Shown piece after piece: positions 24,252-31,895 of a stretch of 47,750 nucleotides of DNA (positions are counted from its first letter, which is position 1; the number at the start of each line of letters is the position of its first letter). Below the pieces are notes generated by a model that did no database searches, was not told the DNA's origin, and saw only the letters and a program-made list of their open reading frames with translations. The stretch lies in NCBI GenBank assembly GCA_035514455.1, contig DATKBA010000046.1, positions 1 to 47,750 on the forward strand, in the 5' to 3' direction. Source of the DNA: Gaiellaceae bacterium (GTDB lineage Bacteria; Actinomycetota; Thermoleophilia; Gaiellales; Gaiellaceae). The position numbers and the translations under genes are program-made.

Positions 24252-25495
24252 GCCGTCGCCTCCGCCGCCAGGCGCAGCAGTTCGGCGTCGAGGTCCTCGC
24301 CGCCGGCCGGAAGCACGTCGCTGCCGGCGAGCACGACCTCTGCGCCACGCTCGTGTGCGGCCTCGGCGACGACGTCGATCGCGGCCGCCTTCAGCTCGAC
24401 GAGATACACCTCGGCCTCGACCCGCCCCAGCTCCGCGCGCAACGCGGCGCGGTCGGCGAGGCTGCCCGAGACGTGGACGACGTCCGCCCCGTGCTCGTCG
24501 CGGAGGTGCGCGGCGAAGCCATCGTGCGCAGCCGCCGGAGCGGTCGAGAAGAAGGCGACCGTACGGCCCTCGACGGGCGCGGCCGGCGCGGGCCGCAGCG
24601 TGACGCCGAGCACGCGGGGCGCGAGCTCCGCCGCCCGGTCGCGCAGCCGCTCCCAGCCCGACCCTTCCTCCGCCATCGTCAGCAGCACGAGGTCCGAGAT
24701 CAGGTGGCGGAAGCCGTTCAGGTAGCCGGTCACCACCGCCGCGTCCTGCTGGGCGTTGACGACGAGGATCCGGCGGCGCGTCGCCACGGGCGGGATCGCC
24801 GCGCCGCTGCCGTCGAAGATCACGAGCTCGGGGTCGAGCCCGGCCGCGAGCTTCGCGCCCTCGTGGACGTTCGAGACCGCCACCGAGCCGGCGAGGCCGC
24901 CGCCGCAGCGGCGGCAGCCGACCGTCTCCACGCCGGCGAGCGCCGCCGTCTCGAGGTAGTCGGATGCGGCGTGCCGGCCCGAGCGGGAAAGCTCCAGCAG
25001 CGCGTCGACGTCGGGCGGGACGCTCGCCACCTCGGGCTCGGGCGGGCCGCCACGCCCCATCGCGACGACGACCACCTTCCGGTCGCGCGCGTAGAGCCGC
25101 GCCGCATGGGCCGTGATCGCCGTCTTGCCGACGCGCTTGCCCGTCCCGACGATCCCGATCGACGGGAGCGGGAACGGCTCGAGCACGGGCGGGTCGAAGC
25201 GGAAGTCGGAGCCGACGTACGGCAGCCCGGCCGCGAGCACGCGGCTCGCGAGCCGGAAGCGCTCCACCGGGCCGAGCACGGGCTCGTCCGAGAGGTCGAC
25301 GACGAGCTCGGGCCGGTGCTCGGCCAGGGCGGCGTCGAGGTCGTCCGCCAGCGCGACGCCGTAGTCGGCGTCGTCGCGGAGCTTCTCGCCGCCGCCGACG
25401 AGGTGCGCCGCGACGAACTCGTACGGCAGCTCCTCGAGCGCCGCCTTCACCACCGGCGCGTAGTGCTCCCCGTCGATGAGCGCGATCGCCCTCAT
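24248..25495 (-). CDS. cpgS: Cyclic 2,3-diphosphoglycerate synthetase-like protein
   Basis: 415 aa starting MRAIALIDGEHYAPVVKAAL, with the P-loop IGIVGTGKRVGKT, matching my recollection of archaeal cDPG synthetase. ATG 25495 overlaps the upstream stop (ATGA). The rest of the 613-aa track ORF is shadow. Confidence 0.72.
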   Translation of the reverse strand: MRAIALIDGEHYAPVVKAALEELPYEFVAAHLVGGGEKLRDDADYGVALADDLDAALAEHRPELVVDLSDEPVLGPVERFRLASRVLAAGLPYVGSDFRFDPPVLEPFPLPSIGIVGTGKRVGKTAITAHAARLYARDRKVVVVAMGRGGPPEPEVASVPPDVDALLELSRSGRHAASDYLETAALAGVETVGCRRCGGGLAGSVAVSNVHEGAKLAAGLDPELVIFDGSGAAIPPVATRRRILVVNAQQDAAVVTGYLNGFRHLISDLVLLTMAEEGSGWERLRDRAAELAPRVLGVTLRPAPAAPVEGRTVAFFSTAPAAAHDGFAAHLRDEHGADVVHVSGSLADRAALRAELGRVEAEVYLVELKAAAIDVVAEAAHERGAEVVLAGSDVLPAGGEDLDAELLRLAAEATA

Positions 25496-26301
25496 GACCG
25501 CGTCGTCACCTCGTCCTCGATCCGGCCGGTGTACTTCTCGTACTCGAACGTGTCGAGCGAGAACTGGATGATCCGCTCCTGGCCGTGGAACGGGTGCTTG
25601 CGCCAGATCGTGACGTGGCTGCCCGCCGCCTCGACGACGTTGTAACAGGGCCGCGTGTTGCCGCGGAGGCGCAGCGACGAGACCGTGCCCGTGTTGACGA
25701 CGAACAGATCCTCGAGCCTCCACGCGTACGGCACGTGCTTGTGCCCGGAGAGGACGAGGTGGACGCCCGCGCGCTGCAGGGTCTCGATCGTGTCGCCCGC
25801 GTCGTAGATCACGTTGCGCTCCCGCCCCGTCCCCGGGACCGGCAGCAGGTGGTGGTGGCAGACGAACACCTTCAGCCACGCTTCGTGGTCGAACTGCTCC
25901 TCGATCCAGCGATAGCGGCCGCGGCCGATCTGGCCGTGGTCGAGGTCGGGCTCGGTCGAGTCGACAGCGACGACGCTGACGCCCCCGACGCGCAGCACCG
26001 AGTTGCGCTCGCCGAAGAGCTGCTCGAAGTGGACGTAGCCGACGTTGCGGGAGTCGTGGTTGCCCGGGATCACGACCATCGCCTCGCACTCGACCTTGTC
26101 GAGATAGCGGCGCGCCTCCTCGTACTCGTGCTTGAAGCCGAAGGTGGTCAGGTCGCCGGAGCAGACGACGATGTCCGGCCCGAGGTCGTTGACCTCGCTG
26201 ATCGCCCGCTCGAGCAGGCCGGGGACGAAGTACTGGCCGCCGCAGTGGAGATCGGACAGGTGCGCGATCGTGAACGTCGTCCCCTTGGCCGGCTCGGACA
26301 T
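25492..26301 (-). CDS. Calcineurin-like metallophosphoesterase
   Basis: All motifs are present: HLSDLHCG, SGDLT, GNHD, CHHH and GHKH. TATGCT (minus strand, 26308-26313) lies 6 nt before ATG 26301. Confidence 0.88.
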   Translation of the reverse strand: MSEPAKGTTFTIAHLSDLHCGGQYFVPGLLERAISEVNDLGPDIVVCSGDLTTFGFKHEYEEARRYLDKVECEAMVVIPGNHDSRNVGYVHFEQLFGERNSVLRVGGVSVVAVDSTEPDLDHGQIGRGRYRWIEEQFDHEAWLKVFVCHHHLLPVPGTGRERNVIYDAGDTIETLQRAGVHLVLSGHKHVPYAWRLEDLFVVNTGTVSSLRLRGNTRPCYNVVEAAGSHVTIWRKHPFHGQERIIQFSLDTFEYEKYTGRIEDEVTTRS

Positions 26302-26327
26302 GAGCAGAGCATAGGAACTTCGGTCAG

Positions 26328-26729
26328 GTGCCGTCCGGGGGCGCAGCTACCTTGGAGGTCGTGCTCCGGCAGCAGCCCGCGTTCCGCGCCTTCGCCGGCG
26401 CGGTGCAGCCCAGGTTCGTCAACGAGGTCGAGCTCGAGTGCGCGAAGCTGCTCGACTTCTACGGCGTGCCGTGGGAGTACGAGCCGACGACGTTCGTGCT
26501 CGAGCGGGACGCCGACGGCCGCGTCACCAGCGCGTTCACGCCCGACTTCTACCTGCCCGAACAGGACCTCTACGTCGAGGTCACCGTGATGCGCCAGTCG
26601 CTCGTGACGCGCAAGAACCGCAAGCTGCGGGAGCTGAAGCGCCTCCACCCGGAAGTCAAGGTCAAGCTCTTCTACCGGCGCGACATCGAGCGCCTCGCCC
26701 AGCGATTACGCCTCCAGCTCGCGTCCTAG
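26328..26729 (+). CDS. Hypothetical protein, possibly a restriction-endonuclease-like (Vsr/DUF559-like) fold
   Basis: Diverse coding-like composition. The FTPDFYLPEQDLYVEVT core resembles the D...ExK-type nuclease strand pair. An alternative start is GTG 26361, with TACCTT 7 nt upstream. Confidence 0.6.
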   Translation: MPSGGAATLEVVLRQQPAFRAFAGAVQPRFVNEVELECAKLLDFYGVPWEYEPTTFVLERDADGRVTSAFTPDFYLPEQDLYVEVTVMRQSLVTRKNRKLRELKRLHPEVKVKLFYRRDIERLAQRLRLQLAS

Positions 26730-27328
26730 CCGACCGCCTCGCGGCCGACGGCCACCCGATCGGGGAGGTCTACCTGACGCGGGAGGAGATCACGCGCCGC
26801 GTGGGCGAGCTCGGCGCCGAGCTCGCCGGCGCCTACGCGGGCCGCGAGCCGCTGCTCGTCGGCCTGCTCAAGTCGAGCGCGGTCTTCCTCACCGACCTTT
26901 CGCGCGCCCTCCCGGTCCCGCACACGATCGACTTCCTCGAGCTCGCCGCGTACGGGAGCGGCCGCGCCGGCGCGGTCAAGCTGCTCAAGGACCTGGACAC
27001 CTCGATCGTCGGGCGCGACGTGATCGTGGTCGAGGACGTCGTCGACACCGGCCTCACGCTCAACTTCCTCGCCCGGACGCTCTCACTGCGCGACCCGGCG
27101 AGCCTCACCGCCGTCACGCTGCTCGACCGGCCCTACCGGCGCCTGGTCGACGACGTTCCGCTCGACTACGTCGGCTTCACGGTGCCGGACGAGCTCTTCG
27201 CGGGCTACGGCCTCGGCCTCGACGAGCGCTGGCGGTCGCTGCCCGACGTGCATCTCGTTGTGACGGCCGAACTCCCGCAGCACCTGACCGGCGACGCCTA
27301 CCGGCCGCCGGGCGCCGCGGCCGCCTAG
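26705..27328 (+). CDS. hpt: Hypoxanthine phosphoribosyltransferase (start codon unresolved)
   Basis: GEVYLTREEITRRVGELG, LLKSSAVFLTDLSRALPVP and the PRPP loop VIVVEDVVDTGLTL. There is no in-frame ATG/GTG/TTG between 26471 and the conserved N-terminus, so I give ATT 26705 as a placeholder start. Confidence 0.75.
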   Translation: MTPPARVLADRLAADGHPIGEVYLTREEITRRVGELGAELAGAYAGREPLLVGLLKSSAVFLTDLSRALPVPHTIDFLELAAYGSGRAGAVKLLKDLDTSIVGRDVIVVEDVVDTGLTLNFLARTLSLRDPASLTAVTLLDRPYRRLVDDVPLDYVGFTVPDELFAGYGLGLDERWRSLPDVHLVVTAELPQHLTGDAYRPPGAAAA

Positions 27329-27331
27329 AGC

Positions 27332-28528
27332 CTAGAGGTAGCCCATCGGGTCGACCGCAGCGCCGTTCACGCGCACCTCGAAGTGCACGTGCGGCCCGGT
27401 CGAGTGCCCGGTGTTGCCGGAGTACGCGATCAGCTGACCCTGCATCACCTGCTGGCCCACGCCGACGGTGACGGTCGCGTTGTGCCCGTAGGCGGTCGAG
27501 AGGGCTCCGCCGTGGTCGACCACGACCAGGTTCCCGTAGCCGCCCATCCAGCCGGCGACGATCACGGTCCCGGCGGCGGAGGCCACGACCGGCGTGCCGT
27601 TGGGGACGGCAAGGTCGATTCCCTCGTGCATCCGGCCCCAGCGCCACCCGTAGCCGCTCGTGAGAATCCCGTGCACCGGCCAGACGAAGCCGGACGCCGA
27701 GACCGAGCCGGTCGGGGCGACGAAGGCGGTCGACGAGCTCTGGGCGGAGCGGATCCGCGCGGCGAGCGCGGCGCTCTGCGCCTGCAGCTCGGCCATGTGC
27801 TCGAGCGCGTGCTCCTTGTCCTCCTGCACCCCCGCGAGCGTCTCGCGCTTGCTGCGGCGCGCGGTGGCGAGCTCCCTCTGGCTCCAGGCGAGCCGGTCGC
27901 GGACGGCGCGCTGCTCGGCTGTGCGGGCAGCCACCGTGCGCGTCGTCGCCGCCACCTCCTTGCGGGTGCGGCGCGTGGCGTTCCGGGTCTCCTGCATCTG
28001 CAGCTTCGCGCTCTTGACCTCGGCCGCGATCCGCTTGTCGTGGCGGCCGATGTCCTCCAGGTACTCGAGGTGGTCGAGCATGTCGGCGAAGCTCGACGCC
28101 TCGAGCACGACGCTGAGCGGGGACGTCTCGCTCGAGGTGTAGATCTCGATCAGGCGCTTATTCAGGCGCCCGACCGCCTCCTTGTGCTGATCCTGGAGGA
28201 AGACCAGCTTGCGCGTCTGGAGCCGGTAGAGCTGGTTGAGGCGGTCGAGCTTGCGCTGGTGGAGCGCGAGCACCTCCTCGAGCTGGTCGAGGCGCGACGA
28301 CGCTACGTCGACGTCGTCCTGGAGCGCATCGATCTTCGCGCTGACGGCCTCGATCTCCGAGGTCAGCACGCCCTCGCGCTGACGTGCCGCCTCGATCTTG
28401 TCCTCGAGCACGTCGATGCGCGCGTCGAGGACCCGCTTCTTCTCCGTGACCCCCTCCTGCCCCAGGGCAGGGGCGGCGACGACGAGCAACGAGGCCAGGA
28501 GCAGGCCGATGGCGAGACGGGTGCGCAT
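27332..28528 (-). CDS. Secreted M23 peptidase with N-terminal coiled coil (EnvC-like)
   Basis: Signal peptide, about 250 aa of coiled coil, then HEGIDLAVPNGTPV and GNTGHSTGPHVHFEV. Confidence 0.92.
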   Translation of the reverse strand: MRTRLAIGLLLASLLVVAAPALGQEGVTEKKRVLDARIDVLEDKIEAARQREGVLTSEIEAVSAKIDALQDDVDVASSRLDQLEEVLALHQRKLDRLNQLYRLQTRKLVFLQDQHKEAVGRLNKRLIEIYTSSETSPLSVVLEASSFADMLDHLEYLEDIGRHDKRIAAEVKSAKLQMQETRNATRRTRKEVAATTRTVAARTAEQRAVRDRLAWSQRELATARRSKRETLAGVQEDKEHALEHMAELQAQSAALAARIRSAQSSSTAFVAPTGSVSASGFVWPVHGILTSGYGWRWGRMHEGIDLAVPNGTPVVASAAGTVIVAGWMGGYGNLVVVDHGGALSTAYGHNATVTVGVGQQVMQGQLIAYSGNTGHSTGPHVHFEVRVNGAAVDPMGYL

Positions 28529-28621
28529 CCGGAGGTAGTTTCGTCGGGCGGTCGGCCGTCCCTCCCGGGCGCGGCACTGGCCCCAGTGTAGCGCCGATCC
28601 TGCCGAAACCTATTGTCGGCG

Positions 28622-28795
28622 CTACTGCGGGCCGGGCTCGGGCACGACGACCGGGCCGGGCCGATCGCCCTCGTCCGGCGGCGGGTACGGCTCCGGCAGC
28701 GTCGGCGGCTCGGGCGGCGTGCCCTCGTCCGGCGGCGGATAGGGCTCCGGTACCGGACGAGGGGTCTGCGGCGGCTGCGGCTCGATCGGCTCCAT
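28622..28795 (-). CDS. Possible proline-rich mini-protein with internal PEPYPPPDEG repeat
   Basis: Strong GC3 bias in frame and ATG 28795 (track GTG 28804). The 10-aa unit PEPYPPPDEG occurs twice. No homology recognised. Confidence 0.3.
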   Translation of the reverse strand: MEPIEPQPPQTPRPVPEPYPPPDEGTPPEPPTLPEPYPPPDEGDRPGPVVVPEPGPQ

Positions 28796-28804
28796 GCGCC
28801 CCAC

Positions 28805-29131
28805 CTACCCCGGCGGAGGCGCCTTCACACGCTGCGCGCCCGCGGCGCGCGGCTCGAGCGCCCGCAGCGCCTCCGCGGCCTCGCGCCGCAACGGGCCGAC
28901 GAGGGCGCGGTAGTCCGTGTCCGAGACGCGGCCGGCGCGGTGGTCGAGCTCGAGCTCCTTGAGGGCGGCCAGAGCCCGGTCGCGCGTCTCGGCGAGCTCG
29001 AGGCGGCGGCGCTCGAGCTCGCCCGGCTCGTCGAGGAGCCCTGGCCCGTCGTCCGGGCGGAGGTACGGAAGCGCGACGAGCACGACGCAGGCCGCGGCCA
29101 GGAGCGCTCCGAGCAGCAGCGCGAGGCTCAC
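28805..29131 (-). CDS. Membrane-anchored coiled-coil protein downstream of ccmF (no CXXC motif)
   Basis: GTG 29131 overlaps the ccmF stop (GTGA). VSLALLLGALLAAACVVLVALPYL is a TM segment, followed by an Arg/Glu/Leu helical tail. This is the C-terminal piece of the 1017-aa track ORF. Confidence 0.55.
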   Translation of the reverse strand: MSLALLLGALLAAACVVLVALPYLRPDDGPGLLDEPGELERRRLELAETRDRALAALKELELDHRAGRVSDTDYRALVGPLRREAAEALRALEPRAAGAQRVKAPPPG

Positions 29132-31122
29132 GGCCGGGCCGGCACGTCGGTGCCCTGATACCGCAGCGCGAGCCGCCGCTGCTCGCGGGCGTCCGGCCAC
29201 ATGGTGATCAGGGCGCCGAAGAGGAAGACGAAGCCGGCGAGCCAGAGCAGGTTGACGAGCGGCTTGACGAAGACGCGGAGGAAGACCGTTCCGTCGGGAT
29301 TGATCTGCTCGGCGATCACGAACAGGTCGGTGCCGGTGAGGAGGTCCGTGCGGATGCCCACCTCGTTCGAGACCTGGCGCTCGACGGTGTAGGCGTTCTT
29401 GCCGGCCTCGAGCACGCCGAGCTCGTCGTCGCCGCGTGCGACCTCGAGCCGCGCGCGCACGAGGGTCGCGTTGGCGCCCTGCCGTTCGACCAGGTCCGTG
29501 TAGGTCAGCCGGTAGTCGCCGACGGAGAGTGTCTCGCCGCGGGCGAGCCGGCCCTCGGAGACCGTGTCGTAGGCGCTCGCGCCGGCGATCCCGATCGCGA
29601 GCAGGACGATCGCGGCGTGGACGACGTAGCCGCCGTAGCGGCGCCGGTTCCTCCCGACGAGCGCGGAGAACGCCGCGGGCCAGGTGCCGCCGGCGAGCGC
29701 CCGCCGCGCCCGCGTCCCCCGCGCGAACTCGAGCCCGATCGAGGCGAGCACGAACGCCGAGAACGTGTAGGCGATCAGGCCCGGGATCGACGAGCCGGCG
29801 CCGAGGGAGAGCAGCGCGGCCCCCGTCGCGAGCGCGATCGCCGCCGGCCACGCGAACGCCGCGCCGAGCCCCCGCAGCGACGCGCGCCGCCACGCGATCA
29901 GCGGCCCGATCCCCATCAGCAGCAGCAGCGGCAGGCCGAAGACCTTCAGGAAGAAGTTGTAGTAGCCGGGCCCGACGATCCGCGCCTCGCCGACGACCGC
30001 CTCGTGGACGATCGGGTAGAGGACACCCCAGAGAATCGTCAGCGTCAGGGCGACCAGGAGCAGGTTGTTGTAGAGGAAGCTCGCCTCCCGGGAGACCAGC
30101 GACTCGAGCTTCGCGCGCGTTCGCAGGAGCGGCAGCCGGACGAGCACGAGCGCGAGCGAGCCGACGACGACGAAGGTGAGGAAGCCGAGGAACCAGGCCC
30201 CGATCGGGCTCTCGGTGAAGGAGTGGACCGAGCTGAGGATGCCGGAGCGCGTCAGGAACGTGCCGAAGATCGAGAGCGCGAAGGCGAGGATCACGAGCAG
30301 CATGTTCCAGAGCCGGAGCATCCCGCGCTTCTCCTGGACCATGACCGAGTGCAGGAACGCCGTCGCCGCGAGCCACGGCATCAGCGCAGCGTTCTCGACC
30401 GGGTCCCAGGCGTAGAAGCCGCCCCAGCCCACCTCCTCGTACGCCCACTTCGAGCCGAGGATCTGGCCGACGCCGAGCGCGGTCCAGGCGACGAGCGTGG
30501 CGCGCCGCGTGGTCACGATCCAGCGCTCGTCGGTGCGGCGGGCGAGCAGGGAGCCGATCGCGAAGGCGAACGGGATCGTCAGCCCGACGTACCCGAGGTA
30601 GAGGAAGATCGGGTGCGTGAGCATGTACGGGTTCTGGAGGCTCGGGTTTAGCCCCCGCCCGTCGTCCGGCGCCGCCTGCGTCGCGAAGGGGCTCGAGACG
30701 AAGACGAGCATGAAGGAGAAGAACAGCATCACGGTCGCCAGCACGGGCACGACCCAGACGGTCAGGTCGCGCGAGGAGCGGCGGTTGAGGAGCACCGCGG
30801 CGGCGCTGTAGATCGTCAGCAGCAGGAGCCAGAACAGGAGCGATCCCTCCTGCCCGCCCCAGAGGGCCGCGAGCGTGTAGAGGATCGGCAGCTGGTCGCT
30901 CGTGAGCTGCCAGACGTAGACGAAGCCGTAGTCGTTGCGGGCGAAGGCGGCCAGCAGCACGAGCGTGGCGACGAGCGTCGTCGCGAACGTGAGCAGGAGA
31001 GCCGTCTGTGCCGAGTCGGCGAGCCGGCGGCGGCGCGTCCTCGCCGCGATCGCGCCCGCGACGAGCGCGTAGAGAACAAGCCCGAGCGTGGCTGCGAGCG
31101 CGGCGCGGCCGAGCTCGGGCAT
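29128..31122 (-). CDS. ccmF: Cytochrome c-type biogenesis protein CcmF (heme lyase)
   Basis: 664 aa and polytopic, with the WWD-type motif GWGGFYAWDPVEN and conserved His-containing loops. Confidence 0.93.
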   Translation of the reverse strand: MPELGRAALAATLGLVLYALVAGAIAARTRRRRLADSAQTALLLTFATTLVATLVLLAAFARNDYGFVYVWQLTSDQLPILYTLAALWGGQEGSLLFWLLLLTIYSAAAVLLNRRSSRDLTVWVVPVLATVMLFFSFMLVFVSSPFATQAAPDDGRGLNPSLQNPYMLTHPIFLYLGYVGLTIPFAFAIGSLLARRTDERWIVTTRRATLVAWTALGVGQILGSKWAYEEVGWGGFYAWDPVENAALMPWLAATAFLHSVMVQEKRGMLRLWNMLLVILAFALSIFGTFLTRSGILSSVHSFTESPIGAWFLGFLTFVVVGSLALVLVRLPLLRTRAKLESLVSREASFLYNNLLLVALTLTILWGVLYPIVHEAVVGEARIVGPGYYNFFLKVFGLPLLLLMGIGPLIAWRRASLRGLGAAFAWPAAIALATGAALLSLGAGSSIPGLIAYTFSAFVLASIGLEFARGTRARRALAGGTWPAAFSALVGRNRRRYGGYVVHAAIVLLAIGIAGASAYDTVSEGRLARGETLSVGDYRLTYTDLVERQGANATLVRARLEVARGDDELGVLEAGKNAYTVERQVSNEVGIRTDLLTGTDLFVIAEQINPDGTVFLRVFVKPLVNLLWLAGFVFLFGALITMWPDAREQRRLALRYQGTDVPARP

Positions 31123-31524
31123 CTAGTCGGTCTTCTTGGCCGTGTACTTCGACGGGCACTTCGTCACGAGCGAATCCTTCTTCGCGACGAACGTGCCGTT
31201 GCGGAGCTCGCCCTTGACGGAGACCTCCCGGCCGGCCCGGAACTGGTCCGAGACCGAGCCCGTGTAGAGAACCGCGACCGTCCTGGTCGAGCCCCCCTTG
31301 ATGTCCCGGAGGCGGAAGCGGAGGCCGCCGGCGTACGAGTCGCCCTTGTACCCGGGCTGGACGCGCCCCACGAGGGAGATCGTCCCCGTCTGGCCGCGCA
31401 ACTCGCTCGGCGAGACCGACGGCGTGCCGCCGCCGGCGATCGACGTGTAGAGGAGGAAGACCGCGAGCACCGCCGCGACCGAGAGCGCGACGATCAGCCT
31501 CGCCGGATTGCGCTTCCGTGCCAC
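31123..31524 (-). CDS. ccmE: Heme chaperone CcmE, CxxxY variant
   Basis: N-terminal anchor plus OB-fold (ISLVGRV...VKGEL). The C-terminal heme-binding position reads KCPSKY instead of the canonical HxxxY. Confidence 0.9.
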   Translation of the reverse strand: MARKRNPARLIVALSVAAVLAVFLLYTSIAGGGTPSVSPSELRGQTGTISLVGRVQPGYKGDSYAGGLRFRLRDIKGGSTRTVAVLYTGSVSDQFRAGREVSVKGELRNGTFVAKKDSLVTKCPSKYTAKKTD

Positions 31525-31542
31525 TCCGTGATCGTAGCTCGG

Positions 31543-31785
31543 CTAGACGGTGCGGGGCGCCGGTTCGCGCCGGCCGGGCACGCGGTACCCGTGATCGTGG
31601 CAGAGGGAGCCGGGCGCGTCCTCGGTCAGCGCGTCGCAGTAGCCCTTGCCGTACGCGGCCCGCATGAACGCGGCCACGACCTCGAGGTTCCACTCCGCGA
31701 CCTCGGCGGCCTCGCGCCAGAGGTCGACGAGCCGGAGGTCGATGTCGAGTTCGAGCAGATCGATGCGGGTCGGTGCGCTTGCCAT
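31543..31785 (-). CDS. Hypothetical 80-aa protein
   Basis: ATG 31785. The composition (MASAPTRIDLLELDIDLRLVDLWREAAEVAEWNLEVVAAFMRAAYGKGYCD...) is coding-like. No family recognised. Confidence 0.45.
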   Translation of the reverse strand: MASAPTRIDLLELDIDLRLVDLWREAAEVAEWNLEVVAAFMRAAYGKGYCDALTEDAPGSLCHDHGYRVPGRREPAPRTV

Positions 31786-31895
31786 GTCGAAAAGGGTAGG
31801 ACCCCCGTCGGACGACACGGCCTCTCCCCGTCCAGAACGGACAGTCGGGGTCTGGCACGAGCCTGACACCGGGGTGTCCGTTACGGTCAGGGCCG

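Noticed and set aside
26438-26704. Long N-terminal extension of hpt from the track start 26438 or GTG 26471
   Set aside because: The extension (REAARLLRRAVGVRADDVRARAGRRRPRHQ...) is Arg-rich shadow sequence. It overlaps, out of frame, an upstream ORF with genuine protein-like composition.
28529-28621. Cell-wall-hydrolase riboswitch (ydaO / cyclic-di-AMP type) upstream of the M23 peptidase
   Set aside because: Only about 93 nt are available, which is too short for that riboswitch class. I see only one modest stem (GCGCCGA...TCGGCGC), and nothing matches the conserved cores I remember.
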